From an uncultured Pseudobdellovibrionaceae bacterium (lineage in GTDB: Bacteria; Bdellovibrionota; Bdellovibrionia; Bdellovibrionales; UBA1609), in contig CAZCYD010000003.1 in the NCBI GenBank assembly GCA_964502735.1, positions 33,598 through 97,597 of the forward strand: a stretch of DNA of 64,000 nt. The letters run 5' to 3'. The position numbers and the translations under genes were made by a program. The notes beneath the pieces are model-generated. The model made no database searches. It worked only from the letters and a program-made list of their open reading frames with translations, and was not told where the DNA came from. The stretch's first letter is position 1. The number at the start of each line of letters is the position of its first letter. Below are positions 38,955-47,981 of this stretch, piece by piece.

Positions 38955-39563
38955 TTATTCCACCTCCGCTACAAACGAAGCATATTCCTCATTTATAGAC
39001 ATTAAATTATTAAAATCACTCCATTCCTTTAAATGATCATCTTCTTCAAATCTATTTTTTAGCTTAATCAAGGCATGCCGATAATTGGCCTTTGCAGTAT
39101 CATAGGGACATTCCATAATTTCTGAAATTTCCTTAAAGCTCAAATCCTCAAACACTCTAAGATGCAAAGCTGTTCTTTGTTTAGTTGGCAGCTTTTCAAT
39201 TTCTTGCTGCAAGATATCGCGGATAGAAGTCTTGAGCAGTTTCCCATCTAAATTTGAATCAGTGGCCAGCAACTGAGTTTCATCAGCGGACTGATGATAT
39301 CTTTTTGAGCGAAGAGAGTTTTTTGCTGTATTCAGAGCAATTTGGTAGACCCAACTCTTAAAGGATGATCTTCCCTCAAACAGATTTATTTTTTTATAAA
39401 CTTTGAAGAAAGTTTCCTGCACAATATCCTCCGCACTTTCGAGGTCTTTTGTAAGCCGAACTGCCATTCTTAAAAGAAGTCTTTGATAACGCATAACTAA
39501 CTCGCTGAACGCCTCAACATTCCCGTTTTTCACATCACATATCAACTCTAAGTCGTTCTTCAT
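38955..39563 (-). CDS. ECF RNA polymerase sigma factor
   Basis: AFSELV..Y, AEDIVQETF, FKSWVYQIALN, region 4 LPTKQR...LSFKEISEIM. Confidence 0.93.
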   Translation of the reverse strand: MKNDLELICDVKNGNVEAFSELVMRYQRLLLRMAVRLTKDLESAEDIVQETFFKVYKKINLFEGRSSFKSWVYQIALNTAKNSLRSKRYHQSADETQLLATDSNLDGKLLKTSIRDILQQEIEKLPTKQRTALHLRVFEDLSFKEISEIMECPYDTAKANYRHALIKLKNRFEEDDHLKEWSDFNNLMSINEEYASFVAEVE

Positions 39564-39938
39564 TGACCTCTCCTTTCCGACACGGCCAAAGACCAGTTCG
39601 GTTAAAAAATATTATTATTTGAGGATTTGGGCTTCCCTTGAGTCTTTTGTTACCTATTTGCCACAGGAATCAGCTCTTTCTGGTAGTCTATTTTTCCAAG
39701 AAATACCTGCCCCTGCTCTCCCCTCTCATCATTGCCTTATCTGAGCCAAAGGCTTTTCGGCTCTTCAGCACTGATGCATTGAATTAAAGCAAGTCTGAGT
39801 CCAATTTCAAATACTCGTAATTTTGATTACATGAATTAAAAAGATAATTCAGGGGCATTTTGTCACCACTCTCCCAAAGAACTATTCCCAGAGGGACACC
39901 AGATCAGTGGGTTTATATTGCGTGAACTTCCCCTCCCA

Positions 39939-40772
39939 TTAATTAAGTTTTGGAAATAAATAAAAGGCCACTCCCAATAAAAATGAGTCCTCTGTCTCCG
40001 ATGTGTTGGGTAAACTCCGATTTCTATTTAGAGTTAAAGAAGTCGTGAAACCTGCCCCGTGATGCCTTCTTAGGATTAAGCTGTAACTTGACTCCTCCAC
40101 ATAATAGATAAGCCTAAAAAAGTATACCTGACTCCAAGAATAATCTAAAAGCCAAAATCGATTGGCCACCTGAAATAAGTTTTCATCAAGTTTGTGAAAT
40201 ATAGATCTATAACTGATCAGAAAAGTTTCAAATGTGTACTGGGCCTCTAAGTAGTTACCACTAATTGAATATTTAAGCTTTGCCTTGCCCCTTGGCCCAA
40301 TTCCCATGTCCACATTGGTCAATCTTTCCTTAGCATTATATATCTCCTTTGTATGCGGTTGCGACCTCAAATAATAGTCAAGTTGATGCTCCAATGTTTT
40401 CAAAAAAATATATTCACCAAGACGAATCATCCGTACATTTTCTTCTACAACTTCTTCCCTAAATGTTAAACTGTCGACTGTGTATTGGTAATAGTCGACG
40501 GGGAAGCTTCGGATTAAACGCAATGACTCAACCGCTCCAAATAACTCTTCATACCTTCGATAAAAATCGGCTATTAACTTTTCTGTAAATAAATCTTCAG
40601 CCCACGAAGATTCCCCTGGTGAGACGTATGGTGGCCGAAGAGGAGAGTCTTCTTTGCTAAGAGCGGGCGGTTGATATGGACGTTTCACCGGCAACCAACT
40701 GTATTGAGCCCAAGCATTTGTAGATAAAAAAAATGCGCCCAAACAAAACCGTAGTAGATTATTTTTCCTCAC
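39939..40772 (-). CDS. Putative secreted hypothetical protein; start reassigned to GTG at 40772
   Basis: From 40772 reads MRKNNLLRFCLGAFFLSTNAWA-Q (signal peptide), removing most of the overlap with the GGDEF gene; strand-rich C-half. Confidence 0.55.
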   Translation of the reverse strand: MRKNNLLRFCLGAFFLSTNAWAQYSWLPVKRPYQPPALSKEDSPLRPPYVSPGESSWAEDLFTEKLIADFYRRYEELFGAVESLRLIRSFPVDYYQYTVDSLTFREEVVEENVRMIRLGEYIFLKTLEHQLDYYLRSQPHTKEIYNAKERLTNVDMGIGPRGKAKLKYSISGNYLEAQYTFETFLISYRSIFHKLDENLFQVANRFWLLDYSWSQVYFFRLIYYVEESSYSLILRRHHGAGFTTSLTLNRNRSLPNTSETEDSFLLGVAFYLFPKLN

Positions 40773-41721
40773 CAAAAACAGAAACTTGGTTTCTACCGTT
40801 ATACTTGGATGCATAAAGAGCCTTATCCGCTCTGTCAAAAATCTCTTGCCAAGTTCGATCAGCATCTGATTTACTCGAAATCCCAAGAGAAACTGTAATA
40901 GGCATCTTGATTCCCTGAAATTCAAAATTATGATCCTCAATTTTGTGGCGAATTCGCTCCGCTACATCTTTGGCCTCATTAATCTTACTGCCTAACAAGA
41001 GCAAACAAAATTCCTCGCCTCCCGTTCTTGCAAAAAAATCATTGCCCCGAATTTGCGTTGTTTTAACTAAAGTCACCAACTCTTTTAAAATATAATCACC
41101 CGCACTATGACCATAGGTATCGTTTACCAACTTAAAATGGTCGATATCAAATGTTACGATGCTGAGATGGGCCCCCAATAACTCCGCCTTCCTAAAGTTA
41201 TCAGCAGCCTGAGCCTCAAAAGCACCTTTGTTATTAATGCCCGTCAAGGGGTCCATCATTCCGCGTCCAAAAGTTTCAGCCGCAGACACGGTTTCGATAT
41301 TCCCCTTCTCTAAGAATTTAAATATCACATTTCCAGTTTTTATTTGATCATTATTACCCAAAATAATGGGCTGAAGGGAAGGTATAAGTCTCCCGTTGAC
41401 TACCGTTTTATTTGTAGACTCCAAGTCAATTATAGAAACTTCACCACCTGAGATTAAAAATTTTGCATGAGATTTACTTATACTTTTATCTTCAACATGA
41501 ATATTGGCACTATCGGTGCGCCCCAATATCATATTATTGGACTGAAGGGGCCATTGCCGACCGATCATATTGGCCGGCCCCACCAACAAAACGAGACATG
41601 GAGGAGCTTCACCAGCCTGAGCTAACCTTACCTTGAAAGTGTCAGAAGGGACCACACTGGTTTTATCTAGTGGAGAATCTTCGTCCCAGTTGTTATTGCC
41701 GTCGTTACTATTCTCGCTCAT
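40759..41721 (-). CDS. dgcB: FHA-GGDEF diguanylate cyclase, DgcB-like
   Basis: Disordered N-tail with DKTSVV, FHA (ILGR...ISKSHA...STNKTVVNG), DIDHFK, I-site RGND, active GGEEF. Confidence 0.9.
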   Translation of the reverse strand: MSENSNDGNNNWDEDSPLDKTSVVPSDTFKVRLAQAGEAPPCLVLLVGPANMIGRQWPLQSNNMILGRTDSANIHVEDKSISKSHAKFLISGGEVSIIDLESTNKTVVNGRLIPSLQPIILGNNDQIKTGNVIFKFLEKGNIETVSAAETFGRGMMDPLTGINNKGAFEAQAADNFRKAELLGAHLSIVTFDIDHFKLVNDTYGHSAGDYILKELVTLVKTTQIRGNDFFARTGGEEFCLLLLGSKINEAKDVAERIRHKIEDHNFEFQGIKMPITVSLGISSKSDADRTWQEIFDRADKALYASKYNGRNQVSVFGEEK

Positions 41722-41728
41722 GCTAATA

Positions 41729-41757
41729 ATTCTACGTTAATATCAATAGTTAGACAA
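41729..41757 (-). promoter_or_regulatory. sigma70-type promoter, probably leaderless dgcB
   Basis: TTGTCT-N17-TAGAAT-7 nt-ATG. Confidence 0.6.
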
Positions 41758-41793
41758 CTCGACCAGACCCCTAGCTCATCGGAAAAAGGCTCA

Positions 41794-42876
41794 TCAGGAA
41801 ATAGCAACATCCTCTTCAATTCTATGGTAACCATACCACTCTTTTAATCGTCCGCGAGGTCTTTCTTCCCCCTCTTCATATTCTAGCAAAACATAGGTAA
41901 GTTTTGTTATGCGCCCTAAACTTGCCAGATCCAACGAGGTCAGTTCTGTCCAAGTTCCCGTATTAAAGTACTCTTTTCCTTTTTGGAATTGTCGATATTG
42001 ATAGACATGAGTGTGCCCAAAAATAACGATAGAAACCCTGTCATTATTCATTATTTTTCTAGCGGCCTCACTTAAGTCTGGAAAAATAGCCTTTTCTAAA
42101 AAAATTCTTAAAATTCTTTTAAATGGCCAAGATCTTCTATTGTCTTTAATAAAAATAGATCTAACAAAATAAAAAAGAAGCTTTATACTCCCCTTCACAG
42201 TGAAAAAAAACTCATTGAAGAGCGCCCACCTCATCATCCTATTAAATGGTCTTATTTTATCTACGTCGGGATACTTTTGTTTTATTTTTAATACAAAATC
42301 GATAAAAAAGTGAGAGCCAAATGGGAGATTTAAAATCGGTTCTGGAAGATCTTTTTTAAGAAAAAACTTCTTTGGATCAAATCGATTAGCCACTTCGTGC
42401 ATGTTTCCGTGTTCAATATGGACGCCATCAAAATAATAGACAATATTTTTATACCTTACATTTGCCTGTATCACCTCATTCAAATAGGATCGCACGGACG
42501 GCCAAAGTAGGCCTTGATCATGGTTTCCCACTACAAAGGTAACAACCCTTTCTTCATGAGCAGCAAATCGCCTTAAGGCATCAAAAAAACGAGGATGCCC
42601 CGACACTATGGCTTTTATTTTCTCCAAAGTGACTGATTCCGTAATGACAGTTAAAAAGTGGTCTTTGTAAGGAACCTGAAGGAAGTTAAAAATGTCGCCA
42701 TTCAAAATAATTTCTACATTGTAGTCAGCATATTTTCCCTTAGTGTGAAATTCTAAAAACTCAACAAACTTTTCATCATAATAAAACTCTTCAAGAGGGT
42801 TGTTACTCCCCCCTTCTAACATTCTGCCCGTACCTAAATGCAAGTCACTTACGACAAGTTTTATTTTCTTTTTCAT
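41794..42876 (-). CDS. Calcineurin-like metallophosphoesterase
   Basis: SDLH, GDIFN, GNHD, EHG, GHTH motifs. Confidence 0.9.
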   Translation of the reverse strand: MKKKIKLVVSDLHLGTGRMLEGGSNNPLEEFYYDEKFVEFLEFHTKGKYADYNVEIILNGDIFNFLQVPYKDHFLTVITESVTLEKIKAIVSGHPRFFDALRRFAAHEERVVTFVVGNHDQGLLWPSVRSYLNEVIQANVRYKNIVYYFDGVHIEHGNMHEVANRFDPKKFFLKKDLPEPILNLPFGSHFFIDFVLKIKQKYPDVDKIRPFNRMMRWALFNEFFFTVKGSIKLLFYFVRSIFIKDNRRSWPFKRILRIFLEKAIFPDLSEAARKIMNNDRVSIVIFGHTHVYQYRQFQKGKEYFNTGTWTELTSLDLASLGRITKLTYVLLEYEEGEERPRGRLKEWYGYHRIEEDVAIS

Positions 42877-43887
42877 TTAACTGGCTGTTACATATACAGT
42901 GTTACGGCTCTTATGTTTAGCTAAATACATAGCATCATCAGCTAGCTGAATAATTTGGGAGCTTGAAGTTGCATGTTCCGGATACCCGGCCAAACCCACA
43001 CTAACAGTCAATTTTAAATCTGCCGGCCCTCCTTCGATTTTAAAAGAAGTCGCCTCCACAGCTTTACGTATTCTCTCGGCCACAACCAAAGCCTTTTGGG
43101 CATCTGTTTGAGTCAAAACTATGACGAACTCATCACCACCATACCTAAATGCGTAGTCTGACGAACGCACTATCGATTGAATAATTTCTGAAATATCTAC
43201 AAGAATTTTTGAGCCCACCAAGTGCCCACAAGTGTCGTTCACAGTTTTGAAATAATCAATGTCTAAAAATAAAACAGCAAAGGCTGTCTGCGAACGTTTC
43301 GCCCTTGCAATTTCGTTATCTAAGACCATAGGCAAATACCTTTGATTATAAAGGGCCGTGACATCGTCAATATAGGACTTTTCGCGAACCTTATAATGTT
43401 CAATACAAAATGAGAGATGCCGTCTCATTTGATCTACAATATGTATAGCTTTATGTAAAACGCCTTCATCGTTTGATTGAAGATTTTTTAAAATAATATA
43501 GGCAAGTGGAGAGTCGTTTTTTTTGCTTAATACAGGAATAACCACATCCCTTTCTTTGCCAAAGTAATGTTGATAATATTTTTCATTGCTCGACATTGAG
43601 ACTTCTAAATCTAAGTTATATTGCATGAAACTTTTTAAAAAAATTGACAAATTAAATTGAGATTGAGCTGCAAAAGCCACCTCTTTTTCAACTCGCGACT
43701 TGAATTTAAATTTATCCCCTTTTTCTCTTATTTTTTCAGCTTCTTCTGAAAGTAGCCAAAAAATATTTTCGGCCGGAATTTTTACAGACAAGTAGTTAAG
43801 CGCTCTTCGAATATTAGTCCTCAAATCAAGCGTGTCAAAGAGGTCTTGCAAATCCTGCTGAGTGTTATGTGAAAAATTAGATTCCAC
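42877..43887 (-). CDS. Diguanylate cyclase with a GAF-like N-domain
   Basis: DDVTALYN, DIDYFK.VND..GH..G, I-site RSSD, RYGGDEF. Confidence 0.92.
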   Translation of the reverse strand: MESNFSHNTQQDLQDLFDTLDLRTNIRRALNYLSVKIPAENIFWLLSEEAEKIREKGDKFKFKSRVEKEVAFAAQSQFNLSIFLKSFMQYNLDLEVSMSSNEKYYQHYFGKERDVVIPVLSKKNDSPLAYIILKNLQSNDEGVLHKAIHIVDQMRRHLSFCIEHYKVREKSYIDDVTALYNQRYLPMVLDNEIARAKRSQTAFAVLFLDIDYFKTVNDTCGHLVGSKILVDISEIIQSIVRSSDYAFRYGGDEFVIVLTQTDAQKALVVAERIRKAVEATSFKIEGGPADLKLTVSVGLAGYPEHATSSSQIIQLADDAMYLAKHKSRNTVYVTAS

Positions 43888-45020
43888 TAGTCCACCTTCT
43901 TTAGTGGTCGCTCTTGACCTTGCATTTCTTCTACTTCAAGAAGTGATAGGGCTAATCTAAGTGTTTTAACTGTTTTTCTTATAACCTCTTGTTTCTGATT
44001 AACGCTTTTGTTTCCTTCTAACAATTTTTGTCTTAGCGTCTCGATTTCACTGTTCAGCTTATCTATTTGCCGCTTAAGACCTAAAATCATATCATCCTTA
44101 CTTTTTAAAAGCGCCTTACCTTCAAGCTTTACGAGTTCGAGTCTATTTTCAAGTTCACGCTCTCTTACTTTTATCTTTCGCACTCCCATTTGAAGACGAC
44201 TCTCAAGCTGTGAGGCTTTTTGCTTAACACGGTTCACTTCTTTATCTTTTTCAGCAATAGAAGCCAAAAGAATTTCTTTCTCAACATCTACATTTTCATT
44301 AAGATCCTTGTGCTTTTTTTCTAAATTTTCTAATTGAATAATTAGTTGATCCACTTTGTTTCTAAAAGTTTCTGCGGCAGAAGCTAAATCTTCATTTTCT
44401 ACCGTCAATCTTTCATTGTCCTTTTCTAGTTCTGCAATTTTGGACTGTGCAATTTTAAAATTCTCTGCCAAAGCCAGTTTGGACTCAGTGGAGCTTATAG
44501 CTGCCAATGGATTTTGATAGTCTGAATTTAGGTTGTAGACACTTATATCCACTTTTTCTGTGTGATCAAAAACATCTTCAGCTTGGTCATTTCGTAAATG
44601 TGGTTCAACAACTTCATTCTCATTCTGAACCGATTCTGATAGTTCCACAGAAGCTTCCTTTTTAACTTCTGATTTTGCCGGAACCATCTCTGTTGCGTAA
44701 GTGATCTCGCGAGTTTCAATATCCCGAGGCTTTTCCTCATCTTCCTCGAACTCTTGCTCCTTCATTTCGGTCTTTTCTGTTTGAGGTGAATCACTATCTG
44801 TATTTGTAAAATGGGTAGGGTTTATATCTTGAATAGAAGGAACATCAATATCTAAATCTAAAGCATTGTCATCTTGTTGATTTTGAATGTTAGAAAAGTC
44901 AACAAGCGAACCTGTTACAGGATCAGTGTGCAAATCTGTTTGATGTTGCTCCTGAATGTCCAGATCTATTAAATCTTCGACCAGGTTTTCAATAAGAGTG
45001 TCTTTTTTTTGCTTTCCCAT
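43887..45020 (-). CDS. Hypothetical protein with an acidic disordered N-half and a long coiled coil
   Basis: D/E-rich N-terminus; heptad-rich C-half (KIRVRERELENRLELVK-like); overlaps the next start. Confidence 0.75.
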   Translation of the reverse strand: MGKQKKDTLIENLVEDLIDLDIQEQHQTDLHTDPVTGSLVDFSNIQNQQDDNALDLDIDVPSIQDINPTHFTNTDSDSPQTEKTEMKEQEFEEDEEKPRDIETREITYATEMVPAKSEVKKEASVELSESVQNENEVVEPHLRNDQAEDVFDHTEKVDISVYNLNSDYQNPLAAISSTESKLALAENFKIAQSKIAELEKDNERLTVENEDLASAAETFRNKVDQLIIQLENLEKKHKDLNENVDVEKEILLASIAEKDKEVNRVKQKASQLESRLQMGVRKIKVRERELENRLELVKLEGKALLKSKDDMILGLKRQIDKLNSEIETLRQKLLEGNKSVNQKQEVIRKTVKTLRLALSLLEVEEMQGQERPLKKVD

Positions 45021-45029
45021 CCATTAAAA

Positions 45030-45057
45030 GTATCGGAAAACATTGAAATTATTTTTA
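45030..45057 (-). promoter_or_regulatory. sigma28-like promoter
   Basis: TAAA-N16-TCCGATAC, 9 nt before the ATG at 45020. Confidence 0.55.
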
Positions 45058-45126
45058 TTATTTCAAAAGATTATTTGAGTTCAATCAATGGGATTAGGAC
45101 TTTAGCCCCAAACCTTACATTGGACT

Positions 45127-46038
45127 TTAATCCCTATAGGCTATTGTTTTGTAGTACAGGCCTTGCCTCTCCTCAACCTCAGACCAGGTTATCTTCTCCA
45201 GAGCGGTAAGACCAAAACCCTGAACCGTAAAGCTTGCCATTAGACAACCATGAATGCAGGCCTGCTTTAAGTTATGAAAGTTCCAGTCAGACTCAATTTT
45301 TGAGAGATAACCAAAAAATCCCCCAGCGAAGGTATCTCCAGCTCCAGTCGGGTCAACAACGTCATCAATCGGAAAAGCGGGAAGAACAAAATATTGTCCA
45401 TGGGAATACATCATAAAACCGTACTCTCCACGCTTTACAACGACGGTTTTAGGCCCCCACTCTGTCAGCTGCCGTACCGCTGAAACTGTGTTCCAAGTTT
45501 TGGCCAAGGCTCTCAACTCTCCTTCATTTATTAGTAACAAATCCACCCGAGACAGAAGTTTTTTTAAGGAATCTAATTTAGAGTCTATCCAGAAGTTCAT
45601 CGTGTCTGCGCCTACAAGCTTGGCCGAATCGACTTGATCCAAAACTTTGTGCTGCAGGTCGGGATCAATATTGGCTAAAAAAACATATTTTGAGTTCTTG
45701 TAACTATCGGGTAGCTCAGGGTTAAAATTTTCAAACACATTCAATTTTGTATCCAAGGTAATGGCTTCATTCATATCATTCTCGTATTTTCCCTCCCAAT
45801 GGAAGGTTGAGCCAGGCACTCTCTGTAAACCACAGATATCGATATCTCTTTCTGTTAACTTGGAAATATCAGTTTCAGAGTAGTCTTCCCCTACAACCCC
45901 CACAACATTAACCCTAGAATACAGTGAAGCCGACAACGAAAAATAGTTGGCAGATCCACCAAGTAAGTTGTCAACTTTTTTGACCGGTGTAGAAATCGTA
46001 TCGTAGGCAACACTGCCAACTACAAGAATATCAGACAT
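45127..46038 (-). CDS. PfkB-family carbohydrate/nucleoside kinase
   Basis: VGSVAYD, GGSANY, NEGE, KRGEYG, DPTGAGDTFAGGF. Confidence 0.93.
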   Translation of the reverse strand: MSDILVVGSVAYDTISTPVKKVDNLLGGSANYFSLSASLYSRVNVVGVVGEDYSETDISKLTERDIDICGLQRVPGSTFHWEGKYENDMNEAITLDTKLNVFENFNPELPDSYKNSKYVFLANIDPDLQHKVLDQVDSAKLVGADTMNFWIDSKLDSLKKLLSRVDLLLINEGELRALAKTWNTVSAVRQLTEWGPKTVVVKRGEYGFMMYSHGQYFVLPAFPIDDVVDPTGAGDTFAGGFFGYLSKIESDWNFHNLKQACIHGCLMASFTVQGFGLTALEKITWSEVEERQGLYYKTIAYRD

Positions 46039-46068
46039 ATGGGATGCTCCTTTGCTGATGAGAAAAAT

Positions 46069-47118
46069 CTAAATAGACATACTAATAGGATGATTTTTAA
46101 TTGCCGAGGTCAATTGACCACAAGCTGCGTAAATATCTCTTCCCATCGTGCGACGCCGCAAAACGTGAACATCTTTTGACATAAGATAATTTTGAAAGGC
46201 TGAGACTCTGTCTTCACTGGGTCTGTGAAAACCCGATCCTGGATGTTCATTAAAGGGGATCAAATTAACCTTACTTGGAACATCTCGCAGAATCTTCACG
46301 AGTTCTCGAGCCTGCTCAATAGAGTCATTAAAATCCTTCAACAGTACATATTCCATTGTAACTTTGTCTTTAGAAATGCGCGAGTGCTCTTTAGAGGCCC
46401 TAAGCAGGTCTTGAATTGGCCATTTCTTGTTTATGGGCATGATTTTTTCTCGCAGTTCATCATTAGGCGCATTCAGGCTGATCGCCAAACGAAGGCCGGC
46501 CTGAGTTACAAGTGGAATTTGGGGAACCAAACCCGATGTAGAAACTGTGATTTTTTTTCTAGACAGGTTGACGCCCCAAGGAGAGTGAAGAATTTCGGAA
46601 GCAGAAAAAACAGCTTCTGGATTGTCCAAGGGTTCTCCCATTCCCATAAAAACGATATTTGTTATTCTCTCTTCCTCAGGCTGTTTTAGCATCACTTGAA
46701 CAAACTGTCCGACAATTTGTCCTGTTGTTAGGCGTTTTTTTAGTTTTTGCTTTCCTGTAAAACAAAACTTGCACGCCATGTTGCAACCCACTTCTGAAGA
46801 CAGACACAAAGTTAAGCGACGCTCCCCTCCAGGGATCAAAACAGCCTCAACAGTTTGACTATCCCCTACATCAAAAAGAAATTTTTTCGTTCCGTCTTGG
46901 CTTACCATCTCCTTAACAATCTTAGGCAATTCAAGGGAAATGAGAGCAGGCAGGCGAATGCGAAAGTCCTTAGATATATCCGTCATTTCACTAAAATCAA
47001 AAACCTTCTGCGCATAGACCCAGCGGAAAAGTTGCTGAGCTCGATATTTTTTTTCTCCAAAGGTCTGAAGATAGTCACCCACATCCTGTAAAGAATGTTG
47101 AAAAAAATTAAGAGCCAT
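46069..47118 (-). CDS. rlmN: Dual-specificity RNA methyltransferase (radical SAM)
   Basis: DGTKKFL, SSEVGCNMACKFC, MGMGEP, VNLIPFN, DIYAACGQL. Confidence 0.97.
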   Translation of the reverse strand: MALNFFQHSLQDVGDYLQTFGEKKYRAQQLFRWVYAQKVFDFSEMTDISKDFRIRLPALISLELPKIVKEMVSQDGTKKFLFDVGDSQTVEAVLIPGGERRLTLCLSSEVGCNMACKFCFTGKQKLKKRLTTGQIVGQFVQVMLKQPEEERITNIVFMGMGEPLDNPEAVFSASEILHSPWGVNLSRKKITVSTSGLVPQIPLVTQAGLRLAISLNAPNDELREKIMPINKKWPIQDLLRASKEHSRISKDKVTMEYVLLKDFNDSIEQARELVKILRDVPSKVNLIPFNEHPGSGFHRPSEDRVSAFQNYLMSKDVHVLRRRTMGRDIYAACGQLTSAIKNHPISMSI

Positions 47119-47391
47119 TTAAACCTCGACCAATTTGACGCAAGAGCAAAAAGATGTACCACGCCCTCAAATTTAGGTCAATTTTTCTTAAAGAATGTCC
47201 TCTAAAAGGTAAAAGCACTGCGGAAATAGGCTTGTTTTGGGTCTTTTTCAACCCTACAATGTGATTTAAAGTGTTTTGGAATTCAGGAATCATATTTCAT
47301 GAAAAAAATTCAAGTGACTGGCTCTATGACTGACTCTATGTCTCAAGGTGGCTTCAAGAGTGAGACTCAAAAGAAATAAGAAGGGATCGTT

Positions 47392-47979
47392 ATGACGTTT
47401 ACTGTAGCTCTCATTGCTGGTTTTGGCCTTTTAATCTTATTAATTGTTTCTGTCTACAATGGCCTAGTTCGCTCTAGAAATTACGTAAAAAATGCCTATG
47501 CCCAAATAGACGTACAGCTCAACCGAAGATACGATCTTATTCCCAATCTTGTTGAGTCTGCAAAAGGCTATATGAAGCACGAAAAAGAAACTCTTGAAGC
47601 TGTTATTAACGCCCGCAACCAAGCTCAGAAGGTCAACTCTAGTGTCGCCTCTGACCCCAGTAATCCTGATAACATGAAGAAACTCATTGCGGCAGAAGGA
47701 CTCCTATCTAGATCTATGGGATCGTTCATGGCCTTGGCAGAGAGGTATCCCGACCTAAAAGCCAACACCACAATAAGCCAACTGATGGAAGAGTTAACAA
47801 GTACAGAAAATAAGATTGCCTTTGCTCGACAGGGATTTAATGACACAGTGACAGCCTACAATAATAAACGAGAGGTTTTCCCCAATAACATCATCGCAGG
47901 AACATTTGGGTTTCAGGCTGCGCAAGTGCTCGAAGTTGAAAACCCCAAAAAACGAGAAGCTGTCAAAGTTCAATTTTAA
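47392..47979 (+). CDS. lemA: LemA family protein
   Basis: YNGLV, IDVQLNRRYDLIPNLV, YPDLKAN, ENKIAFARQ.FN, FPNNIIA. Confidence 0.95.
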   Translation: MTFTVALIAGFGLLILLIVSVYNGLVRSRNYVKNAYAQIDVQLNRRYDLIPNLVESAKGYMKHEKETLEAVINARNQAQKVNSSVASDPSNPDNMKKLIAAEGLLSRSMGSFMALAERYPDLKANTTISQLMEELTSTENKIAFARQGFNDTVTAYNNKREVFPNNIIAGTFGFQAAQVLEVENPKKREAVKVQF

Positions 47980-47981
47980 AT

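Noticed and set aside
39564-39938. 375-bp gap between the secreted ORF and the ECF sigma gene (also the 33343-33731 gap)
   Set aside because: Only very short ORFs are present, with no recognisable RNA motif, repeat or gene remnant by eye.
40773-40940. Long N-terminal extension of ORF 39939-40940 overlapping dgcB
   Set aside because: A GTG at 40772 gives a proper signal peptide and removes most of the overlap.
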